Shown piece by piece: positions 10,779-19,742 of a DNA stretch of 64,000 nt. The notes beneath the pieces are model-generated. The model saw only the letters and a program-made list of their open reading frames with translations. It was not told the DNA's origin and searched no databases. The position numbers were made by a program, and so were the translations under genes. Source of the stretch: a virus (taxonomy: Duplodnaviria; Heunggongvirae; Uroviricota; Caudoviricetes); the IMG/VR virus record IMGVR_UViG_3300045988_147321. The stretch is one strand, 5' to 3'. Within the stretch, counting starts at the first letter, position 1. Every line of letters starts with the position of its first letter.

Positions 10779-11271
10779 CTTGCTTTAAACATCCATCATT
10801 TTTAGCTTCCTTGTAAATACTTGAAATTCCATCAAGAGAGAATGATGTAATTCGACGCGATCCGATATATACATCCATGTTTTTTTCTTTTGTGGCTGAC
10901 GCTGACTTCCAAAAAGAATACCATTCCCTACGATTTGGAGCAGTGTTTTGCGTACCAATATTAAAGCTATCCGAACCAACAATTAAGGTAATTACATCAG
11001 CTTTACGAGAAATTGTGTCGCGTGTAGAAAAATCAGCATTCTCTTTCCCTCCACTTACATACAAATTTCTTCCAGCTATATGATCTTCGGAACCTTCCCT
11101 TGCTCCAGCATCACAAGAAAAGTTAATTGTATAACCATCGTCATTGGTTGCAGAGATTTCTCTCCACCCTTGCTCACCTCCTACCGTCCAAACGGTAGAA
11201 CCTGCCATTGCTGATAATGGCAGAAAAGAGGACATTAATAAAAAGCTATACAATGACTTATATAATTTCAT
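10765..11271 (-). CDS. secreted protein with N-terminal signal peptide, 168 aa
   Basis: N-terminus MKLYKSLYSFLLMSSFLPLSAMAGS; 14-nt overlap with downstream gene start; AT-rich. Confidence 0.5.
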   Translation of the reverse strand: MKLYKSLYSFLLMSSFLPLSAMAGSTVWTVGGEQGWREISATNDDGYTINFSCDAGAREGSEDHIAGRNLYVSGGKENADFSTRDTISRKADVITLIVGSDSFNIGTQNTAPNRREWYSFWKSASATKEKNMDVYIGSRRITSFSLDGISSIYKEAKNDGCLKQDDGE

Positions 11272-11359
11272 ATTTTTATCCTTTTTGTTTTAGATATTAT
11301 AGGCATAGTCCATATTGTTAGATCCACTATGCCCAGAGAATTTAATATTATTCATTAAA

Positions 11360-11878
11360 TTATGGAGCTACACCCGGCCCCCTGGCTCGTTCTTCAAGCG
11401 TACCCTGCACGTTTTGATGGCGCATTCCTGGGGCATTTCTGATTGAGTCAATGCCATTTCTTCCAACATCTTCTTTATTAACGGCATTGCTCGCCACCAG
11501 CACACCCCAGCTAGGGATAGCAAAATCAGGAGCTGTTTCGCATGCCTTTACCATATAATCGAAAGTGCTTCGATTGATCTCATTTGCATCGGGGTTTAAT
11601 AGGCGAGAATATTGGTATTTAGCATTTGCGTTGGTTGAGACTTTATACAGTTCCTGCTGCACCATCGCTTCAGAAAGTTTAAGGCGCTTCATATCTGACA
11701 GTAACTTCTTGCGCATGGATTCGTCTTCACTGACAGCAAATCCGTAAACGTGCCCAAGGTATTTCGTATAATCGGTACAAATCTCCTTTACGCTTGATGC
11801 TGCATTAACAGTCCCAGCCATAAATAATAACGGTAGTAATAGTTTTCTCATTATAACCTCACCTGCCTTATAACTCAT
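11360..11878 (-). CDS. secreted protein with signal peptide; candidate superinfection-exclusion (Sim-like) protein
   Basis: Signal peptide MRKLLLPLLFMAGTVNAA; C-terminal PGMRHQNVQGTLEERARG matches Sit segment GRGMRREVVQGTLEERARG; sits where P1 has the sim locus, next to immI. Confidence 0.45.
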   Translation of the reverse strand: MSYKAGEVIMRKLLLPLLFMAGTVNAASSVKEICTDYTKYLGHVYGFAVSEDESMRKKLLSDMKRLKLSEAMVQQELYKVSTNANAKYQYSRLLNPDANEINRSTFDYMVKACETAPDFAIPSWGVLVASNAVNKEDVGRNGIDSIRNAPGMRHQNVQGTLEERARGPGVAP

Positions 11879-11947
11879 TTAGGGTACATATTTTCGCCTT
11901 TAAAAAAAAGAGGTTATTAGATCCAATTGTGCATTTATTAAACAAAC

Positions 11948-11964
11948 AATGCTCTAATAAATTT
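11948..11964 (+). promoter_or_regulatory. C1 repressor operator (AATGCTCTAATAAATTT, 1 mismatch to consensus), Op51-like
   Basis: Match to the P1 C1 operator consensus ATTGCTCTAATAAATTT; divergent region between the secreted module and immI. Confidence 0.6.
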
Positions 11965-12278
11965 GTATTTTTAAGTCACGAATGCTATCTTTTCGCATCA
12001 TATTGACCTTTTAATCGTTCAGGCTTATAGTTCCGCCGTCGTAGCAAATTCTGCGACCAGGTTTGACAGCCTGAATGATTGTGCGGACAACCGCAGATTT
12101 CCGATATTGCGGTATTTTTGTGTCCGTTAAACCGCGTTACGCCCAAATTATGGTGGGGCGTGATGGGGAGGCTTCGGCCTGCTGGTTTCACAATCGCCAG
12201 TCTGTCAACCCTGTCACGTCCTGCCACCTGTTTGACAGCGGGTAGCAGGTTGTTAAACCTGATTGTGAGGCCGTAACT

Positions 12279-12500
12279 ATGGTTAATGCCAATCCTTGCG
12301 CACGCCAAGAATTCATCTGGCGTTTCTATTCCTGTAAAAAACACCACTATCACTTCGTTATCGCAGCAACAGAAGACGAAGCACGCTCTCAATTGCCTGA
12401 CGGCCCCTGCATTTTTACTGCCCGTTTTTCAACTAACTCGCGCAATCCACTTAGTTACTGGAGCCTCCCCTTCTCTGCCGACGTTCAGGGGGGTTTATGA
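12279..12500 (+). CDS. icd: Icd-like small protein translationally coupled to ant (ATGA overlap)
   Basis: ORF ends TGA overlapping the ant1 ATG at 12497; true start may be internal. Confidence 0.3.
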   Translation: MVNANPCARQEFIWRFYSCKKHHYHFVIAATEDEARSQLPDGPCIFTARFSTNSRNPLSYWSLPFSADVQGGL

Positions 12501-13540
12501 AAAAACCTCTCGTCACCCGTAATGACATAGCCGAAGCGATCGCCCTGCATACTGCCTGTATGCCGACACGGGAGATCCCCGGCGCAATTGCCAACTATTT
12601 CATGATAACCAGACGTTTTTATACCCGAACAGATAAGGCTGTGATCAACAAGCTACTGATAGCCGAGATCAGGGATTATTTGATTGAACAAGGACGTCTA
12701 CGTTACGCAACAGTGGCAGCAGAAATGAGAAAGGAGGCACATAGAATGACCGGTAATAATTTGAATGTTGAAAAAACAGCACCTGTTACGTCAGCTACGC
12801 CAGCACCAGCCGTGAATATCATCCCCAACACCGGAGACACAATCGACAGCCTGACACTGTTAAAGATGGTCAATGAAGCGCGTAAGTTATGTGGGGAACC
12901 AGAGGTTCGGAACAACAAATTCATCGAAAAAATACTCGACGAATTAGAAGGTGAGGACGGTTACACAAAAAGTGCAACCGTGCCGCCAGGTGGCGGTACG
13001 CCTATGGTTGTCATAACCATGACCTACAAACAAGCCCTGCGAGTCGCCGCACGCGAATCAAAAGCCGTCCGCCGTTCGCTGATCGACAAACTGGAAGAAT
13101 TGCAGCAGGCAAACTCCCCTACCCCATCGATCCCCCAAACATTACCAGAAGCTCTACGCCTGGCTGCCGAGTTAGCAGAACAGAAAATGCAGCTGGAACA
13201 ACAGCTGGTGGCCGCTGCCCCTAAAGTCGATTTTGCCGACCGGGTATCAGTGGCTAATGGAATCCTGATCGGGAACTTTGCAAAGGTCGTTGGACTTAAG
13301 CAAAACGCCCTTTTCTCATGGTTGCGCCAGAATGGCATTCTCATGGCTTTTGGAGCGCGCAAAAACGTACCGCGCCAACAGTACATCAACGCCGGGTATT
13401 TCACGGTGAAAGAAGTGGTGCTGGATGATGAAAATGGCTACCAGATACGGCTGACGCCCCAATTAACGGGTAAAGGCCAGCAGTGGTTAACTCGCAAGCT
13501 ACTTGATGCTGGTTTGTTAAAACCAGTAGCAATAGGTTAA
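12497..13540 (+). CDS. ant1: antirepressor Ant1, 347 aa (KilA-C/ANT C-terminal domain)
   Basis: C-terminal domain shared with the next gene (LPEALRLAAELAEQK ... GKGQQWL); position after the operator and leader. Confidence 0.65.
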   Translation: MKKPLVTRNDIAEAIALHTACMPTREIPGAIANYFMITRRFYTRTDKAVINKLLIAEIRDYLIEQGRLRYATVAAEMRKEAHRMTGNNLNVEKTAPVTSATPAPAVNIIPNTGDTIDSLTLLKMVNEARKLCGEPEVRNNKFIEKILDELEGEDGYTKSATVPPGGGTPMVVITMTYKQALRVAARESKAVRRSLIDKLEELQQANSPTPSIPQTLPEALRLAAELAEQKMQLEQQLVAAAPKVDFADRVSVANGILIGNFAKVVGLKQNALFSWLRQNGILMAFGARKNVPRQQYINAGYFTVKEVVLDDENGYQIRLTPQLTGKGQQWLTRKLLDAGLLKPVAIG

Positions 13541-13618
13541 CAAAAGAAAAAAACCTGCCAGCAAACTGGCAGGTTTCTGAGCAGATCGTCCAACCCGATC
13601 TGGATCGAGTTAGAAAAA

Positions 13619-13635
13619 TTTGCTCTAATAAATTT
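13619..13635 (+). promoter_or_regulatory. C1 repressor operator (TTTGCTCTAATAAATTT), Op53-like, upstream of kilA
   Basis: 1 mismatch to the C1 operator consensus. Confidence 0.6.
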
Positions 13636-13704
13636 CGTTTTCTAAGTGCAAAGAATCACCATTTCGAGCTGGTGATTGAAGGTTGATGCAAATTTGGAGA
13701 AAAA

Positions 13705-14505
13705 ATGCAACAAACATTCAATGCGGATATGAATATATCAAACCTTCATCAAAATGTCGATCCTTCAACCACTCTGCCTGTTATTTGTGGTGTTGAAATT
13801 ACGACCGACCGCGCTGGCCGTTACAACCTTAATGCTCTACACAGAGCGAGCGGACTCGGTGCCCATAAAGCGCCAGCTCAATGGCTAAGAACGCTGTCAG
13901 CCAAACAGCTCATCGAAGAGCTTGAAAAAGAAACTATGCAGAATTGCATAGTTTCGTTCGAAGGCCGTGGCGGCGGCACTTTTGCCCATGAATTGCTCGC
14001 AGTGGAGTACGCAGGCTGGATTTCTCCCGCGTTTCGGCTGAAGGTAAACCAGACATTTATCGACTATCGAGCCGGAAGATTACAACCTGCTATTCCGAAG
14101 AGCCTCCCAGAAGCTCTCCGTTTGGCTGCTGACCTGGCAGAGCAAAAGCAACGGCTGGAGCAAAAAATGCTGATGGATGCACCTAAAGTCGAATTCGCCG
14201 AACGCGTTGCTACCGCCAGCGGGGTTCTAATCGGCAACTATGCCAAAGTGCTCGGCCTGGGCCAAAACTATCTCTTCACCTGGTTGCGTGATAACGGAAT
14301 TCTGATCGCAACCGGTGAACGCAGGAACGTCCCCAAACAAGAATACATATCCCGTGGGTATTTCACCCTTAAAGAAACCGTGATCGATACAAGCAATGGA
14401 AGCAGGATTTCTTTCACGACTCGTATAACCGGCAAAGGTCAGCAGTGGCTGATGAAGCGATTGCTTGATGCTGGTGTGCTGGTACCTGTCGCGGCAACGC
14501 GCTAA
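13705..14505 (+). CDS. kilA: KilA, 266 aa (KilA-N plus KilA-C/ANT domains)
   Basis: C-terminal ANT domain paralogous to Ant1; size matches P1 KilA as recalled. Confidence 0.65.
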   Translation: MQQTFNADMNISNLHQNVDPSTTLPVICGVEITTDRAGRYNLNALHRASGLGAHKAPAQWLRTLSAKQLIEELEKETMQNCIVSFEGRGGGTFAHELLAVEYAGWISPAFRLKVNQTFIDYRAGRLQPAIPKSLPEALRLAADLAEQKQRLEQKMLMDAPKVEFAERVATASGVLIGNYAKVLGLGQNYLFTWLRDNGILIATGERRNVPKQEYISRGYFTLKETVIDTSNGSRISFTTRITGKGQQWLMKRLLDAGVLVPVAATR

Positions 14506-14534
14506 CAGACGTAGTAAGAACCACCAGCATTGTA

Positions 14535-15380
14535 ATGCTGGCTAAAGTCACTTTCCTGAGCTGTATAACGATGAGCGATTTTACTTTTTCTGGCTATGAA
14601 TTGGCCTGCTTTGTAACACACTCCGGTCTATCCCGTAGCGCCGGGCATATCCTGTCGCAATGTGCAAATCTCGCGGCAACAACCAGTGAATACTTCATTC
14701 ACAAGCCTCACCGCCTGATCGCGGCAGAAACTGGTTATAGCCAATCAACCGTCGTTCGTGCATTCCGTGAAGCTGTAAACAAAGGAATTCTGTCTGTAGA
14801 GATTGTTATCGGCGATCACCGTGAACGTCGCGCTAACCTGTACCGGTTTACACCATCCTTTTTGGCCTTCGCACAACAAGCCAAAAATGCGCTGATTGAA
14901 AGCAAATTAAAGATCTCTTCAGCGGCAACCAAGGTTAAAGCTGTTCTCGCTAAGACATTGGCTTTATTTAATTTTTTATCCACACCCCCATGTCAAAATG
15001 ATACCCCCTCCCCCTGTCAGGATGACGTGGCAATAAAGAATAAGAAGTCACAAGTTAAAAAAACAAAAAGATCAGTTTCCGGCGGTGCCGGAACGACCAG
15101 ACTCAAAAAATTGACTTCATGGATCGCTGAGGCAAAAGCAAAGGCTGACAATCTGCGGTTATCCAAAAAACGCGCTCAAAAACATGAGTTCAAGCAGAAA
15201 GTAGAGGCGGCAGCGCGGAAATATGCTTACCTGAAGGACAAGCGTTCTCCTGATATTGGCGGGATATCAAACTTCGATAATCTGCCGCATTGCATGACGG
15301 TAAACGAAGCTCTTAATGCGGTTTTAGCCAAAAATAAAGATAACGAACAATGGGGTATACCGGCAGGATTCAGAGGGTGA
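14535..15380 (+). CDS. repL: RepL lytic replication initiator, 281 aa
   Basis: Position after kilA; size matches P1 RepL as recalled. Confidence 0.6.
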   Translation: MLAKVTFLSCITMSDFTFSGYELACFVTHSGLSRSAGHILSQCANLAATTSEYFIHKPHRLIAAETGYSQSTVVRAFREAVNKGILSVEIVIGDHRERRANLYRFTPSFLAFAQQAKNALIESKLKISSAATKVKAVLAKTLALFNFLSTPPCQNDTPSPCQDDVAIKNKKSQVKKTKRSVSGGAGTTRLKKLTSWIAEAKAKADNLRLSKKRAQKHEFKQKVEAAARKYAYLKDKRSPDIGGISNFDNLPHCMTVNEALNAVLAKNKDNEQWGIPAGFRG

Positions 15381-15430
15381 TAGATTGCTCTAATCTGGAG
15401 TCACCTGGCGTTTTCAGTTTGAGGTCGGAG

Positions 15431-15676
15431 ATGCAATCTGATTTTTTACAGTTAGCGATCGCTTTTGCAGGATATGTTTGTATTGGCTTCTGTGTATACA
15501 TGATCAGCCGAAAAATGCTTGTCGATATCGACCGCAAAGAACGAGCAGAGGAGATCTTAGTATGGATTTTCTTTGGCGCGGTCTGGCCATTAGGGATCAT
15601 GTTTGCTGCAACATTTCTTCTGATGTGGATATTCACCCTTCCAGGTGATTTCTATAGAAAAAAAGCCAGACATTGA
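15431..15676 (+). CDS. small membrane protein, 81 aa from internal ATG
   Basis: ATG at 15431 preceded by GAGGTCGGAG; two hydrophobic helices. Confidence 0.35.
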   Translation: MQSDFLQLAIAFAGYVCIGFCVYMISRKMLVDIDRKERAEEILVWIFFGAVWPLGIMFAATFLLMWIFTLPGDFYRKKARH

Positions 15677-15799
15677 TACAATCGTTGCGGGTGCTTGAGG
15701 CTATCTGCTTCAGGCATTACCCGAAAAGCAGATAGAAGAAAGCCCCAGATAACATTACGCGTCCTGCAAGACGCTTAACATTAATCTGAGGCCATATCT

Positions 15800-16006
15800 A
15801 TGCTTAGCATACGTAGATTAGCCTCTTACCGACCAAAAGGTCAAGGAGAAGCAGGCTATGAAGCAGCAAAAAGCGATGTTAATCGCTCTGATCGTCATCT
15901 GTTTAACCGTCATTGTGACGGCACTGGTAACGAGGAAAGACCTCTGCGAGGTACGAATCCGAACCGGCCAGACGGAGGTCACTGTCTTCACAGCCTACGA
16001 ATCTGA
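15800..16006 (+). CDS. mok-like overlapping reading frame, 68 aa
   Basis: ORF track; overlaps the Hok-like ORF in another frame and starts upstream of it. Confidence 0.35.
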   Translation: MLSIRRLASYRPKGQGEAGYEAAKSDVNRSDRHLFNRHCDGTGNEERPLRGTNPNRPDGGHCLHSLRI

Positions 16007-16013
16007 AAGGTAA
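15858..16013 (+). CDS. hok: Hok/Gef-family type I toxin, 51 aa
   Basis: Manual translation MKQQKAMLIALIVICLTVIVTALVTRKDLCEVRIRTGQTEVTVFTAYESER aligns with R1 Hok (CLT ... TRK-LCE-R-R-G-EV-F-AYES); SD AGGAGAAG 7 nt upstream. Confidence 0.75.
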   Translation: MKQQKAMLIALIVICLTVIVTALVTRKDLCEVRIRTGQTEVTVFTAYESER

Positions 16014-16085
16014 GAGACCTGGCGGGGAGAGATCCTCGCCACTCTTCGTGTGTCAGGTATCCTCAATGCACCCTTTCCTCTCCAA

Positions 16086-16110
16086 ATAAAAAAGCTCCCG
16101 AAGGAGCTTT
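16086..16110 (-). terminator. intrinsic terminator for the minus-strand tail operon
   Basis: AGCTCC-CGAA-GGAGCT stem-loop followed by a U-run on the minus strand, 20 nt after the 16130 stop. Confidence 0.55.
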
Positions 16111-16129
16111 AAAATACAAGGGATGACTC

Positions 16130-16639
16130 TTAATCCCACTCAATCCAGTTGTAGACGATACGAAGTGACGGGCGCACAGCGGCAGTCACATCTTCGGTAC
16201 TAAAGTCGATTGCATCACTGTAGATTTTGCAGTCCAACATTTCAATTGTTGTAGCAGCTTTTGTCACAGCGTTAACCCCGGAAGATTTGGATTCAGGGGT
16301 AGCAGCCATCGTGATATCAACATAGTCCTTCGCCGCAATGCGATCTTTAATGAACTGAAGAATATCGCCTTCGATAGTCTCCACGCACTGGACCTGGATT
16401 TCCCCAGAGTTTCGAATTGGACCGTGCTGGTTGAACTTCACACCATTCGGACCATAGTCCTCCACATCCTCGCGGGTCATTTCAGGAATTTGCGACGTGC
16501 GAACCAGTACGCTGATATCTTCATGGCCTGCAAAAGTGAGCTGGAATTCAGAAGATACCAGTCGTTCGCCTTTGGCCGCGTTGGCAGTATAGCGGCCCTT
16601 AATAAATTTACGGTTTCCCTTAGTGTTATTGTGCCCCAT
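16130..16639 (-). CDS. tail tube-like structural protein, 169 aa
   Basis: Size and position downstream of the sheath gene. Confidence 0.3.
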   Translation of the reverse strand: MGHNNTKGNRKFIKGRYTANAAKGERLVSSEFQLTFAGHEDISVLVRTSQIPEMTREDVEDYGPNGVKFNQHGPIRNSGEIQVQCVETIEGDILQFIKDRIAAKDYVDITMAATPESKSSGVNAVTKAATTIEMLDCKIYSDAIDFSTEDVTAAVRPSLRIVYNWIEWD

Positions 16640-16650
16640 ATAAAATCCTT

Positions 16651-17232
16651 TTACTGGAACGCCCGAACAATATCGGAGCTGTTATATATCGAAGAACCGG
16701 TCAACTGGAGGTTGACGGTGTTTTTCAGGAAATGCCCATTGCTGTCCCTGGGCGCATCGAGATCGAAACTTATGTCCTGGATAGCGACATCAATGATGTT
16801 GATCCGGCGACCAATGTTTAGCGTCACACGCTCCGGGATTCGACCACCAATACTGGCATCTTTAAGTTCCGGGCTAATCATCGCTGACAATGCGGCGATA
16901 GCTCCTGAAACCTCCGTGAATGGGTCAAACAAAGCGATGAAAGTTACTGGCAGCGTGAAAGTCGGCGGTGTTCCCCCTTCCCAAACCATTAAGCTGTTCC
17001 AACGGGCAACCGACGTTGTTTCAGTACCAACCTGCGCAAAACCACTGAAGGCACCAGCAACAGATCCCATGGACATACCGGTAAACGGCGCTTCCCAATT
17101 CTGGGCCATGTTCATTGCCGCTCCCTGGCTGATATATCCGGTAACCTGGTACTGAGAGTTCGTTAAAGTAACTTTCAGATATGGCGATACACCGTCAGCC
17201 TGGCTGTAAACCCCATAAGGAATAGGTGCCAT
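16651..17232 (-). CDS. virion structural protein, 193 aa
   Basis: Position in the sheath operon. Confidence 0.3.
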   Translation of the reverse strand: MAPIPYGVYSQADGVSPYLKVTLTNSQYQVTGYISQGAAMNMAQNWEAPFTGMSMGSVAGAFSGFAQVGTETTSVARWNSLMVWEGGTPPTFTLPVTFIALFDPFTEVSGAIAALSAMISPELKDASIGGRIPERVTLNIGRRINIIDVAIQDISFDLDAPRDSNGHFLKNTVNLQLTGSSIYNSSDIVRAFQ

Positions 17233-17267
17233 TCAAGTTAAAGGCCGGAGTTCTCCGGCCTCCTCCT

Positions 17268-18083
17268 TTAGCCAAGGCGCTTACGGCGCAGTTTCATTGA
17301 CTTTTTGCGGGCAAGTTTTGCCGCGCCGGTCTGGGCTTTTCGACGCGCTTTTTTCAGCGCCGATTTTTGAGCCGCAGTCAGACGTTTTTTACGCAGGCGT
17401 TTACGGATGAGTTTGATCTCACCGTTACGAACAACCTTCTTAAATGCTTCAGTCAGCATTTCATCAGAAGTGCCAGCAACAACAAACGCCGCTTCCAGTT
17501 CGTCGCGGTCGTCGCTATCTAAACCAGCGATAGAGGCACCAACATCAGCAGCTGCGTCGTCGTCTTCATCGTCAGCCAGTGCTTCGATCAGGTCATCATC
17601 TACACCGCATGCTGCGAGGAAGTCAGCAACATTTGCCCATGCTTCGTTATAGGCATCGTCCTGTTCTTCTGTAACTTCGGAGTCGTCGTCATCAGAGATA
17701 CCAGCGATAGCCTGAACGAAACCATCAAGGGAGTCGAAAGTCAGATCACCGCTATCAGCCCAGGCGAAAACGGCGTCGGCCGCATCACTCAACGCATTCT
17801 GCATAGCACTTCGATTTGCAGCTTCCAGAATCATCTGGTGCGCCTGTTCGACGGTCCATTCTTTACCGTCTTTCCCTTCCAGGATTTGCTCAGGAGCCGG
17901 GGCAGATGGAACGTTATCGTTAGTCTGTGCCGCCGGTTCCGGATTATTATTAATAACCGGATCTGTTGGCGGTTCGGCGCTTGCTCGGGCAGACTCCATC
18001 AGCTGCACAGGATCAGAGTTCAAAGCGAAACGGGACAGTCCATTCCCCAAAAATGCCCCGGATTGAAAAAAGTTTTTGCTCAT
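17268..18083 (-). CDS. acidic protein with Lys/Arg-rich C-terminal tail, 271 aa
   Basis: Composition read from the ORF; between sheath and tube-like genes. Confidence 0.3.
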   Translation of the reverse strand: MSKNFFQSGAFLGNGLSRFALNSDPVQLMESARASAEPPTDPVINNNPEPAAQTNDNVPSAPAPEQILEGKDGKEWTVEQAHQMILEAANRSAMQNALSDAADAVFAWADSGDLTFDSLDGFVQAIAGISDDDDSEVTEEQDDAYNEAWANVADFLAACGVDDDLIEALADDEDDDAAADVGASIAGLDSDDRDELEAAFVVAGTSDEMLTEAFKKVVRNGEIKLIRKRLRKKRLTAAQKSALKKARRKAQTGAAKLARKKSMKLRRKRLG

Positions 18084-18092
18084 TGTATTCCC

Positions 18093-19682
18093 TTACTTAA
18101 TAAGCAGCGGTACGCCCTGGATACGACGGGCTACGCCAGTCGGGCAGCAGGCCCAGACTACTTCCCATTTATCGAATTCCGCCTGCGTAACTTTCAGCAC
18201 ATACGGTTCTGTACCGTCAGCATCAGGATCACGAGGAGCCACCAGAGCGCCGGAGGCGACAAAGCGATCTAAAAGTTTGGTCATCCCTTTAGTCAGGCCA
18301 GCCGCAGTAATACCGTCCGGGCTATGCTTCATCTGTCGGGCTAACTGGACAAAGAAACGGCTGATTGCATTCATCAGGGATGGGACGTGCTGGAAGTGCA
18401 GATAGTTATCCTGCGTGCAGCAAGTTAAAGCATCGTCGATGATCATCTGGCCAGAGGTGCCAACAGATACTTTATTGAGACGGCCCTTGACCATTGCTTC
18501 TTCGTCCGGGGTATCTTCCGGATACAGCGGTTGAATTGACGCACGAGCAATGACGGCACGTTCTTCACCAGCCGGTGAGTAATGCCAACCGCCGACATCA
18601 GAGTTTTTCTTGACGCCACGAGCTTTCGCCGCATACGCCACGCCAGACAGACCAAAGACCACACGGGATTGGGTCCATTTGTCTTTGCAGGAGAACGGGT
18701 AGTGATAGACAGAACAGCTTACATAATCGGTACCAAGTAAACCGGTATCCTCAACAGCTGGTAGTGCTTCTGCGTACGTTAATGTCGGTTTGACATCAAA
18801 GAAGCCATCAATCAGGCGATCTGCACAGATTTTACCTAATGCGGTGATAGCCGCATTGTCATAGCAGCCCAGGCCAAGAACAGCGGTGTACATGTACGGC
18901 GCATTGTTCAGAACTTTCACCGCACGCAGGTACGTAGCGGTTGAGATTTTCGACTGATCGCCGTTGGTACCGCCAGTGAACGCCAACGATTTTTTGTTTG
19001 TTACTTTCGCTGTCGAAATCAGCTCTTCATTAACAACCGCGCGCAGATATTTAGAACGGGCTTCCAGAGCCGTAGGCAGATAACACAAGCGGCCCATGTC
19101 ATCTTTCGCTTCTTCCGCCAAAGACACAGTGTGTGTCTCCAGGGTCGTTACCACGCCGAGCGAAGTCGTCTGGGTCAGTTTTAAGAGGAAGCGTTCATTA
19201 CCCGCGCTGTCCGCTGTTGCCGTTTCGATGGTTAACTCACGGGTAGGTGAAATACACGGATCACCATCATCAACGTAGATAGCAAAGGCTTCGCCACTAT
19301 CAAGTTCAATTTCAGAACCGTATGGCAACGCACTGTAAGCCGGTTCGCCTGATTCATCGAACATAATAATCGGGAACTTCGCATCATCCGGAACAGCGCG
19401 AACAACGTAACCAGACGTTTGCTGAATAGCTTCGTACACATGACGAATTGGTTCGAACTGTGAGCCGGAAGACGGCTTCAGCGGTTCGCCGAGAACATCT
19501 TCGTAATTGGACTCAGTAACCGCCAGAACAGTAAACGGCTTGCCACGCGCAAATACGCCAATACCAGCCCACAAGCTGCTATTTAATGCAACACCGGTAG
19601 ATAACGTCGCATCGGCATTGATCGGGCTAACCGCGACGCCGGATGCATTACCTAATGACTGTTGAATTGAATATTGAGACAT
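18093..19682 (-). CDS. contractile tail sheath protein, 529 aa
   Basis: Size and N-terminal region typical of myovirus sheath proteins; P1 gene 22 position. Confidence 0.5.
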   Translation of the reverse strand: MSQYSIQQSLGNASGVAVSPINADATLSTGVALNSSLWAGIGVFARGKPFTVLAVTESNYEDVLGEPLKPSSGSQFEPIRHVYEAIQQTSGYVVRAVPDDAKFPIIMFDESGEPAYSALPYGSEIELDSGEAFAIYVDDGDPCISPTRELTIETATADSAGNERFLLKLTQTTSLGVVTTLETHTVSLAEEAKDDMGRLCYLPTALEARSKYLRAVVNEELISTAKVTNKKSLAFTGGTNGDQSKISTATYLRAVKVLNNAPYMYTAVLGLGCYDNAAITALGKICADRLIDGFFDVKPTLTYAEALPAVEDTGLLGTDYVSCSVYHYPFSCKDKWTQSRVVFGLSGVAYAAKARGVKKNSDVGGWHYSPAGEERAVIARASIQPLYPEDTPDEEAMVKGRLNKVSVGTSGQMIIDDALTCCTQDNYLHFQHVPSLMNAISRFFVQLARQMKHSPDGITAAGLTKGMTKLLDRFVASGALVAPRDPDADGTEPYVLKVTQAEFDKWEVVWACCPTGVARRIQGVPLLIK

Positions 19683-19742
19683 AACTTTCCCTGTTATGCG
19701 CCCCGCACGGGGGCGCTATGTTAAACGGAGAACTTCCCCTGA

